Assembly (NCBI RefSeq): GCF_036971445.1
Contig: NC_091481.1
Location: 68,572,001-68,636,000, forward strand
DNA length: 64,000 nucleotides
From: Narcine bancroftii
Taxonomy: Eukaryota
Direction: 5' to 3'
Shown here: positions 1-24,200 of the stretch, piece after piece
How positions within the stretch are numbered: position 1 is the stretch's first letter
Layout of the letters: every line of letters begins with the position of its first letter
Notes under the pieces: model-generated
What the model was told of the DNA's origin: nothing
Seen by the model: only the letters and a program-made list of their open reading frames with translations
The model's database searches: none
Position numbers and translations under genes: made by a program

Positions 1-489
1 GGAAGGAGAAACAAAGGGAAAAGGGTAAAATATAACTTGGAGAGGGATTAAAGAAGAGAATTAAACTAGTAGAAGCTCAGCAAGTTCCGCAGTGTCCCTA
101 AGAGGCAAAAATTTATAACCAATGTTTAAAGCCTGAGTCCTTCAAATTATGAGCAAAAAGTGGGCAGGCGCCTGAATAAAAAAGGCAAGGGAGGAGGAAA
201 AAGCACAGGTCCGCAGCCAAGTTGGTGGGAGGCAGGAGAAGAAAGCTGAGAATTGATCAGAGATGGAGAGGAGGAGAGAAAATTCCGTGCTGCGTGTCGA
301 CATTTCAGTTTATCGTGAATAAAGGCTATTTTTGGAAAATGGACTCTGCGAACCAGCATTTTTGTGTTTTGACAAAGTTTCACATAATGAAACTAGTGCT
401 GGGGCGAAGGAGAGATTTAAAGCGGCTCCGAGAACAGAAACTAGAAACAGGTTTTGGTGGTGAAAGGAGCGATGCGGTGGCGAGCCGGG

Positions 490-1240
490 GGAGGGATCTG
501 ACACCCGGAGCGGAGAGGGAGCCGGAGCGGAGAGGGAGCCGGGGGGATCTGACACCCGGAGTGGAGAGGGGCGCCGGGGGGGGGATCTGACACCTGGAGC
601 GGAGAGGGGAGCCGGGGTGGGGGGGAATCTGACACCTGGAGCTGAGAGGGGAGCCGGGGGGATCTGACACCTGGAGCGGAGAGGGGAACCGGGGGAATCT
701 GACACCTGGAGAGGGGGAGTCGGAGATTTGACACCCGGAGCGGAGAGGGGAGCTGGGGCGATCCGATATCCGGAGCGGAGAGGGGAGCCGGGGGGATCTG
801 ACACCCGGAGCGGAGAGGGGGACCGGTTGGATCTGACACCCAGAGCAGAGTGGGGGGGGGCGGGGATCTGACACCCGGAGCGGAGAGGGGGGCCGGTTAG
901 ATCTGACACCCGGAGCAGAGAGGGGAGCCGGGGGGATCTGACACCTGGAGCGGAGAGGGGAACCGGGGGAATCTGACACCTGGAGAGGGGAGTCGGAGAT
1001 TTGACACCTGGAGCGGAGAGGGGAGTCGGAGATTTGACACCCGGAGCGGAGAGGGGAGCTGGGGCGATCCGATATCCGGAGCGGAGAGGGGAGCCGGGGG
1101 GATCTGACACCCGGAGCGGAGAGGGGGGCCGGTTGGATCTGACACCCAGAGCAGAGTGGGGGGGGCGGGGATCTGACACCCGGAGCAGAGAGGGGGGGCC
1201 GGGTGGTGGTGGTGGTGGGGGGGGGGGGAAATCCGACACA
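490..1240 (+). repeat. G-rich minisatellite, ~32-34 bp unit, with a higher-order duplication
   Basis: Unit approximately GGGGGGATCTGACACCCGGAGCGGAGAGGGGAGCC, more than 20 copies; the variant block at ~661-880 recurs at ~935-1190. Confidence 0.95.
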
Positions 1241-1289
1241 CGGGGCGGAGAGCGAGCAGCGGCTCTATGACCCCTTGACTCGAGCCCGT

Positions 1290-1371
1290 TCAAGCGGATT
1301 GGTTATTTTTCCGCCAATCAGCCGCGGTGGTAGGGGTCACGTGTGGCAGACGGAGTGGCGCGGCCGGTGTC
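1290..1371 (+). promoter_or_regulatory. ADSL CpG-rich proximal promoter / 5' UTR
   Basis: Inverted CCAAT pair (ATTGG 1298-1302, CCAAT 1314-1318), E-box GTCACGTG 1336-1343 and high CpG density just before the ATG. Confidence 0.65.
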
Positions 1372-15662
<14,291 letters not shown>

Positions 15663-15763
15663 GACGTGGAGAAGGGCAGGGAAGTGGTGTCCCACCGTCA
15701 TGTTGCAGCTACTCTGCGAGAGCACGGAGCAGAGTGGCTGTGGGCTTTGTGCTTTGGATTTGT

Positions 15764-15960
15764 GAGCTCTAGATCCAATTGTTACTGAAATATTTTGGTT
15801 GAGAAAAAATTGTCACTGGCCCATTTCCTTTGGAGTTATGAAACCGTGCACATAACGAGTCAATTAGGTATAATTAAAGCAGTGGTTTTCAAAATTTTTC
15901 TTTTCACTCACATCCCACCTTGAGCAACCCCTTACTAATCACAGAGTACCGATGGCATAG
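15764..15960. mobile_element. hAT-MITE-associated composite repeat, direct copy of ~16631-16830
   Basis: About 200 bp, near-identical to 16631-16830; contains the TIR-like end CAGTGGTTTTCAA. Confidence 0.75.
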
Positions 15961-16008
15961 GATGTGTGAATGAATAGCCATTTATGGAAGGTCTTTTAAA
16001 TGAAATTA

Positions 16009-16475
16009 CACTGGACAATGAAGATTTTACTTCTGGGTGCATTTTATGGATTTTGGGCTGCTGATCACAAAAAAATCACTGTAAAACATTCCTATCACAT
16101 ACCAATTTTTAAGATATAACAGCTTCGTGATTTCACGTCATATTTTAACCCTACTAGTGTATTGCCCATAGAGCAAGCTGTTTTGGTCAGTCCAAGCATG
16201 TCTGGGCATGCACTCAAATGTACAAGCGTCTTGGGCCTGGGCATGCTTAGTCAGGATAGATGGAGACAGGTTATAAAAGCAGCTCACGTACACAGATGCT
16301 GTGCACCATATAGATTTGAACTCGTGTTGATGAATGCTTTTCAGTCAATGTTTCTCCAACTTCCTATGTGATTCAGCAAATCTGAAATATCTTTATATTC
16401 AGCTTGATCTATCATTATCCCCAATTTTATTTTGGAAGGAAACATTTTTGGAGGAAAAAAAATTGTTGTCCAATG
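16009..16475. mobile_element. Chapaev3-like non-autonomous DNA transposon
   Basis: TIR CACTGGACAA...TTGTCCAATG (9/10 match); TTA on both sides (3-bp TSD); subterminal CCTATCACAT and ATGTGAT motifs. Confidence 0.6.
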
Positions 16476-16515
16476 TTATTGGTTGGGTCCACTGATTGCT
16501 TTGGTTGTCGGCAAC

Positions 16516-16974
16516 CAGTGGTTCTCAACCTTTTTCTTTCCACTCACATCCCACTTTAAGTATTCCCTGTGTCATAAGTGCTCTGATTTGTCAGGGATTG
16601 CTTTAGGTGGGAAGGGAAGGTTAAGAATCAGAGCTCTAGATCCAATTTTTACTGAAATATTTTGGTTTTAGAAAAAATTGTCACTGGCCCATTTCCTTTG
16701 GAGTTATGAAACCGTGCACATAACGAGTCAATTAGGGTATAATTAAAGCAATGGTTTTCAATTTTTCTTTTCACCCATATCCCACCTTAAGCAACCCTTT
16801 ACTAATCACAGAGCACCGATGGCATAGGGAATACTTAAAGTCGTTTTGGTCAGTCCAAGCATGACTGGGCATGCACTCAAATGCAATGCAAATGTTGTCT
16901 TGGGCTTGTGCTTGCTTAGTCAGGATAGATTCAGACAGGGATGTGAGTGGAAAGAAAAAGGTTGAGAAACACTG
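16516..16974. mobile_element. Composite hAT MITE
   Basis: Ends CAGTGGTTCTCAACCTTTTTCTTTCCACTCACATCCC and GGGATGTGAGTGGAAAGAAAAAGGTTGAGAAACACTG form a ~37-bp inverted repeat. Confidence 0.8.
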
Positions 16975-17319
16975 CAATTGAGGGCAGAGAGACTCTGCTG
17001 AGCTTTGTCAGCAGCCTCTGAAGCTATTTCACAGTATGAACAAACATCCCCCACCCCTCCAAACCATGGGTGAGTCCAGAAAAGATAACAGTGACGGTTC
17101 AACTTGTGGGAGTTTGGCGCATTTCATACACATGAACTTGTTCTCGTCGGAAACTAATCTGATATTGTTGCCGTGCCAATGTTGCTGTTGGTTTTGTTCC
17201 TCTCTCTGCCGAGAGATTATACCTCTTAATTAAATACCTCTTGGAAAGTTGATACTCAAAACAAATTTTCAGTGTTCATTTGAATGATTTTTGTGAAGAG
17301 TTAAAGATTCACTAATATG

Positions 17320-17745
17320 TCTTTCTAGTTCCATCCATACACTCAGCCCTAGAAGAATGAGAGGGGATCTGATAGAAACATAAAATTATGAAAGGCAGAG
17401 ATAAGGTAGAGGGAGGTAAGTTGTTTCCATTGGTGGAGGAGACCAGAACTTGGGAAATGGCCTCAAGATCCAGGGGAGTTGATTTAGGATGGAGCTGAGG
17501 AGGAACTGAAGGTGGTGAATCTGTGGAATTCGCTGCCCATTGAAGCAGTGAAGGTGACCTCAATATATTTATTTAAGACAAAGTTGGGTAAATTTTTACT
17601 TAGTCGGGGAATTAAGAGATATGGGGAAAAGGCAGGTGGGTGGAGATGAGCCGATCATCAGATCAGCCACAATCTCATTGAATGTGAATGGCGGAGCAGG
17701 CTCGATGGGCCAGGTGGACGACTTCTGCTCCTATTTCTTATGTTC
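17320..17745 (+). mobile_element. CR1-like LINE 3' remnant
   Basis: Typical ...AGAAGAATGAGAGGGGATCTGATAGAAACATA(T)AAAATT... 3' segment and 3' UTR. Confidence 0.7.
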
Positions 17746-19384
17746 TTCCTCATCCATACAAAGTGGGTCTGGTGAGTTCAAAATGGGAAGCATCTCTCTT
17801 CACTACAGGAAATTCTATTTAAACTTTCAGTTGTCATGAACATGAAATTAAAACAAAATGCTGGAAAATCTTAACAAACTATTCACAGGCCTCCAGTCTG
17901 AGAAGCTATTGTCCACGGCCACTCACTGGCTTCTACCACACAGCCAATGTTTTTGAATATTTTAATATGAGATTTCACATCCAAAGTACAGAGAACCTAT
18001 GGATGTTAAAATTCTCAAAGATACACTACACTTAAAATCACCAATGCCTGAAGAGGGCGCACAAAATCAGTGAACCGGTGCAGACTCGAAAGGCCAACGT
18101 GGCCTGTTTCTGCTCCGTAAATGGTTATATGGTTATACAGGACAAGTATTCCTTTATGTAAATAAATAGTTTCATGAATATGAGAATCTCAGAGGGTCAA
18201 TGTGAGCAGTTCCTTTGGTCGTTCATCATTCTCGCTGCCTGTGGGAAGAAACTGTCCCTTAGCCTGGTGGTGCTGGCTCTGATCCTCCTGTATCTCTTAC
18301 CCGATGGGAGCAGCTGAAAGATGCTGTGTACAGGTTGAAAGGGGTCCTCAATGATTTTGGGCCCCCTCTTCAAACTAATCGGTAGCAGAGAGGTGGGGAG
18401 GAAACAGAGGGGATGCCTGTAGTAGAGTGACCTGTTACCTTCAAGGGGCCAGTTTTTTTGTGAAGGGGAGCATGAGCAACAGTTTCTTTCCGCAGTGAGA
18501 TTTACCAGGTTGTTGCCAGGTGTCCTGCGAGGCCAGGTGAGCAGAGCTGGGGCATTTCTCTCTGGAGCGTGGAAGGATGAGAGGTGACTGAGGTCTACAA
18601 GATTCTGAGAGTCATAGATAAAGTGGACAACCAGGGCAGGAGTTGCAAATGTCAGAGGGCATCTGTACAGAGTGAAGGGGGTGGGGTGGGGGGGGGGGGG
18701 GGAGGGATTCGGGGATACATTAGAACACTACAATACAGACCCTTCAGCCCTCAATATTGTGGCAACCCATATATTCCTACCAAAAATAAACCCTTCCTAC
18801 CTTGTAACCCTTTATCTTTCATGCATGTGCCTGTTTAAGCCTCTTAAATGCCCCTAATGTTTCAGGCTCCACCACCACCCATGGCAAGGCATTCTTGACA
18901 AACACAATTCACTTTTTTTTAAAAAAACATCCCTGATATCTCCCCTAAACTTTCCACTCTTCACTGCGCAGTACAAATCTTTTCTCAGGTGCCTTTCTAC
19001 ATGTTGCTCCTACCTTGATGCTCAAGCCAGAAATGTTACGCAGAATGTAAAACATTACAGCACAGTGCCCTGGCAAAAAAGGTACTGGCTCTCCACCCTC
19101 TCATAATCTTGTCGACCTCTATTAAATCACCTCTCATCCTTCTTCACTCCAGAAAGAAAAGTCCCAGCTTTGCTAACCTTTATCTCTTAAGACTTATTTT
19201 CCAATCCAGACAACAATCTGCAGCATTGCTATAATTAGGTGACCAAAACTGAGTGCAACACTTGGTTATGCATCTTTATCTCTGCTATATAATGGAAACT
19301 GTTTGACTTGCTGAGTTTCCCCAACGTTGGGTTCTTGCAGCACAGGTGAGACACTGACATGTGAAACCTTGCCCCCTTTATATC

Positions 19385-19562
19385 AATGCGCACGCGCACG
19401 TTTGCCAGCACAAAAGATGGCGGTCGCATCACTGAAACATTGGGCGAGGTCGATGTGTTCGCTGGTTCCAGGACCTGGCGCCGGAACAGGATGTGAGGAA
19501 ACAATTTAATCAGGTCGGTGACATCGGCTCCAACAACATTGGGGAATTCTTGGGAATATAAG
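19385..19562 (+). promoter_or_regulatory. PICK1 promoter and probable non-coding exon 1
   Basis: CpG-rich; NRF1 consensus TGCGCACGCGCA 19387-19398; YY1 motif AAGATGGCGG 19414-19423; donor AAG|GTGAGA at 19562/19563; the next acceptor (21154) lies before the ATG. Confidence 0.65.
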
Positions 19563-19600
19563 GTGAGAATATTTCCATAGCCTGTGGGGCAACGGCTGGG

Positions 19601-19991
19601 GCCAAGGGCCTTGGATCCCGGGGATAGGAGCCGAGGGCCTTGGATCCCGGGGATAGGAGCCGAGGGCCTTGGATCCCGGGGATAGGAGCCGAGGGCCTTG
19701 GATCCCGGGGATAGGAGCCGAGGGCCTTGGATCCCGGGGGCAGGAGCCGAGGGCCTTGAATCCCGGGGGCAGGAGCCGAGGGCCTTGGATCCCGGGGGCA
19801 GGAGCCGAGGGCCTTGGATCCCGGGGGCAGGAGCCGAGGGCCTTGGATCCCGGGGGCAGGAGCCGAGGGCCTTGGATCCCGGGGGCAGGAGCCGAGGGCC
19901 TTGGATCCCGGGGGCAGGAGCCGAGGGCCTTGGATCCCGGGGGCAGGAGCCGAGGGCCTTGGAGCCCGGGGGCTGGGGCCGAGGGCCTTGG
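19601..19991 (+). repeat. 29-bp minisatellite, ~13.5 near-perfect copies
   Basis: Unit GAGGGCCTTGGATCCCGGGG(AT/GC)AGGAGCC. Confidence 0.97.
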
Positions 19992-21191
19992 CTCTAGCCT
20001 TGTATCCTGCGGTTTGGACCAGGCCTTGGATCGAGGACCTTAAATCCGGGGGTTGGGACCAAGGGAACGAGAACTAGGTATTGGGATTCTGGGTTGGGAC
20101 AAAGGCAATGGGATCCAGGGGTGGCTCCAGGGCCTTGGGATTGACCAAAGGAACGAGAACCAGGTGCTGAGATACTGGATTGAGACGAAGGTAATGGGAA
20201 CCAAGTATTGGGACAATGGGATGGGATCGGGCTGGAATCCGGCCCTTGGAATTGAAAGGAACTCCTGTTCCAGGGGCTAGGATGCAGGGATTAGGATAAT
20301 TTCTGCTCCCCGGAGTCTGCACCCCTTGTGGTCGCAGCCGAGCACAGGCGCTACCGGTCTCGGGCATGTACCCCGGAGTTGCAGGTTTTAAATTAAAAAC
20401 ACCACTGGCTCCTTCAACAGGCCCTCTCAAGCCTGCTCAGAGCCTCCCACATTATGACTGGGTGGTTGGACCTTGCGAAGGAGTAATTGAGGCTGGAGCT
20501 GGGGGACATTGGCTCAAGAAAGTAGATCTGAGTTGGAGATGAGGAGGAACTGCTTCTCCCAGAGCGTAGTGAAGCTGTGGAAATCTCTGCCCAAGGAAAC
20601 AGTAGAAGATGCTTCATTAAATGTATTAAGGGCACATTTGGATTTTTGCATATTTTGGGAATTAATGGGGAAACGATAAGGTGGGGGAGTTGAGTCCATG
20701 GCCAGACCAGCTGTGAGCTTATTAAATGGGGGGAGGGGGCAAGTTCAATGGGCCTTCAATGTCTTCTGGTTATTGATTATTCCTCCCACACCCCCCCCCC
20801 CCCCCACCTCTGGGCAAAAGACTGTTAATTAAACCCAATCTATTCCTCATGATTTAAAAAAAACTTTTCTATGAGATCACCCCTCATCCTCCTGCACTCC
20901 AAGCCTGCTCAATCTCTCCCGATTCTGTGCCTGTTTCTTATGTTTGATCCAAACCTCTCTGCTTCTCCTTTCACCTTTAGTACGGTCTGAGTTTTTGGTC
21001 ATCTGCCAAGATACCCATTAACTAGCTGTGAGGTATCAATTGCTGATGTTCCCATGAAGCTCCCTGGGATAATTTGCCAGATCATAGATGGTGCATGAAT
21101 GCACCCACATACAGTTTGATGTGGTGGGCCCAACTCATAAAATATTCTCTGCAGAGATTAGAAGCAGCAGGAGGCCAAAACGGAGGTTATC

Positions 21192-21232
21192 ATGTTCGGA
21201 GACATGGATTTCGAAATCGAAGAAGATAAGTT
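21192..21232 (+). CDS. PICK1: PICK1 coding exon 1
   Basis: MFGDMDFEIEEDK(L); exon begins ~21155 after a CAG; donor GTGAGT. Confidence 0.93.
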
Positions 21233-24200
21233 GTGAGTAATGATGACTGGAAGTAGTTGTAAGAATTTTACAATGACTTGCTGCTTAATTTAATTGTTTT
21301 ACTCTCATTTGTATCAAAATACTGTGAAAGGCTGCATTTTTCATGCATGAGTCAAGTCAACAGCAGTTAAGCTAGAAAGTTTTGCAGGTGCTGGGGTCGA
21401 GTTCAATACACAAACATGCTGGACAAACTCACCAGGTCTCGAGTAAAGTTTGTCATCTGTTTACACGATCCTCTGTTCAAAGCACAGACACACGACCAGT
21501 CATAACACACATTCAGACAAGCAGTACAGATACAGGACAAGTATTCATAGATACAAATATTGTTCCATGAATATGAGAGTCTCGGGTGGTCAGTGGGAGC
21601 GTTCAGCATTCTCGATGCCCATGGGATGAAGCTGTTCCTCAGCCTGGTGGGGCTGGCTCTGATCCTCTTGACGGGAGCAGCTCATAGATGCTGTGTGCAG
21701 GGTTGAAGGGGCCCTCAGTTGTTTTGCGCGCCCTCTTCAGACGATGATCCCGGTAAATCGCGTTGATGGGGTTGAAGGGAGGGAGACTCCAGTCATCCCC
21801 TCTGCCACTTTCAAGGTCCTGTGGATTAACCTCCGATCCACTTTGTCCTGAAGGTATCAACATGAAGGGAGTGTGACCAGGGTGCTGGGGACATTTATGG
21901 ATTGATTTGCAATGTTGAATGAGTGGAGGGAATCCCATTGATTGGTAATGGGTGAAGGAGTTTCTCAGTGACCGGAACGGGTGGGGTATTGCCTGGTGAC
22001 CAGAATGGGTGTGGTTGTTGCCCGATGATTTCAGGGGGTTAGAGACATGAAGCTTAAGGGATATTGCAACAATCAACATTATAATTTTTGTTTTGTTCAG
22101 GGGAATTCCGACTGTGCCTGGAACAGTGACCATTAAAAAGGATCCTCAGAATTTAATTGGAATCAGCATTGGCGGAGGAGCCCAGTACTGCCCCTGTTTG
22201 TACATTGTGCAGGTGAGGATCCCACTACAGGTGGTGGTGGGGGGGGGTGTCTTAAGGTTGCCTGATTTTAAGAAGCTCAGTTGAGGTTCCTTGCATCCTT
22301 TGAAGAGGGGGGAAACCACCTACTTGGGTGCAAATGGGATTGCATGGTAATGGGGGAGAAGACAGTGAAAGATTTTATATACAAAGTAATAGCCAAAAAA
22401 AGGATAACCACATGGGAGGGTTAGGGTTAACCCATCTGATTAAAATCTGCCACGAGGTCAATCAATGCATTGGAGAGAAAGTGGGAATATCGCCAAAGGC
22501 GCCACTGACCTGGGTAATAAAATTCTGGAGATGTGGCTTCGGACTGCTATGAAAGGAGGCAGCTTATGTCCTTTGAGCAGATGAAAGGTAGATACGATTT
22601 GTCATATGGGACCTTTCACTGATTCCTCCAGTTCAAATCGTTTCTAACAGATAGGTGGAGCCCTACCATGACCCTGCCTAAACCTAGTGAGGCCGAGGGG
22701 ATGCTTCGACTGGGAAATCCACCCAAGTTTATTTCAAGAATGTACTCGGTACTCCAAGGGCTACACAGATCAAGAGAGAAATGGGAGTCGGACCTGGGCA
22801 TTACAATTGACGAGAGATGCTGGTCGGACTGGAGTAGAGACAGTGTGACAATGGTTATTAACTCTAGATGCAGATTGGTTCAATACAATTTCCTCACACC
22901 ACAAAAGATTCACAAGGCAAAACCGGAAGTGTCAGAGACGTGTTTCAGGTGTGGAGTGGAGTTGGAAATGTTTGTTCGTGCAACCTAGGCCTGTGCAAAG
23001 GTAGCCCCATTTTGGAAGGATTTGGCCGATATACTAACCAGGATAATGAGGGTAACCTTTACATCAAATCTAACATTGTATCTGCGTGGAACGTCATGGA
23101 CGTAGGCTACAAATTATCAAATTCAATTTGTATTTATCCGTAGCAATGACCTGGAAATCTGACTCCCTCTTCTTATCAGTAGGTGGATTTCAGGGATGCA
23201 TATTAAATATTATACATAATGTTATGTATAATTTTAGAATCCGGCGCAACACCTTTGTTAAAATATGGCAGCCATATCTGACATACACGGGGGCACGACT
23301 GTCGCCACATCCCAACAAAAATACCAATACGTGGATTAATAAAAGAAATGATCTAAGGGGGCGGCTCCAAGGCCTCACTGGATATTCACCAGAGGCACCG
23401 ACAACACAGTGTTCTTTTTTTTTTCTTTCTTTCTATTTTTTCTTTTAAAAGGGGAGTGGAAGAGGGAGGGGGAAACATCATATACATAGATTTTTGGGGG
23501 ATATCTGTACATCTTGATGCAGTCTGTGATGTTGTTTCTCTGTTTATTGATGGAAAATGAAAATAAAATATTTTAAAAACTTTACCTTGTCTGGCAGCCC
23601 GTTCCACACACCCACCACCCTCTGCATAACCTCACCTTCCTGTTAAATCTCTCTTTACCCCCCCCACCTTAAAAATATGCCCTCAGGTTATCGATTCCCT
23701 TATTCTGGGCAAAAGACTCTGTGTGATGCAGTCGTCTCCTTCTGGCCTTTCTCTGCTCTGCTTGCAATTCCCACTCCTAATCCTTCAGTGCTGCTGTGCC
23801 CATTGTCTCTCTGTGCTCCAGCTAAGTGGAGACAGTGTGGACCTGTGACCGACTTGAGTTTATGTGGGCAGGTTTTCGATAACACTCCAGCTGCTATGGA
23901 TGGGACGCTGGCTGCAGGCGACGAGATCATCGGAGTGACTGGGAAGTCTGTGAAAGGCAAAACTAAAGTGGAAGTGGCCAAGATGATACAGGCCGTGAAG
24001 GTGAGTGGGGAGAGTGGAGGAGATGGTGCATCTGGGGAGCTGGAGGGAAAGTTGATAGTGGGGGGTTCCAACCTGCTTGGGGATGCAGCATGGAAAAGGG
24101 GACAATGGAGGGAAGGTGAAGAGAGGCCTGTGGTCGGGGAGAGTGGAAGGTGTGCCTATGATGGGGGGGGAAATACAAGAAAGTGGATGAGGCTGGGTGA

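Noticed and set aside
1-480. Purine-rich segment, possibly a LINE 5' remnant or an exon of an upstream gene
   Set aside because: I could not recognise a peptide or consistent splice sites, so it is left unannotated.
310-1293. 327-aa Pro/Ser-rich ORF on the minus strand and overlapping ORFs
   Set aside because: These are translations of the G-rich minisatellite. They are open in several frames because the unit lacks stops, and they have no splice or homology support.
19601-19991. CRISPR-like look of the 29-bp repeat, and its three ORFs
   Set aside because: The units are contiguous with no unique spacers, there are no cas genes and the context is vertebrate. The ORFs are repeat read-through.
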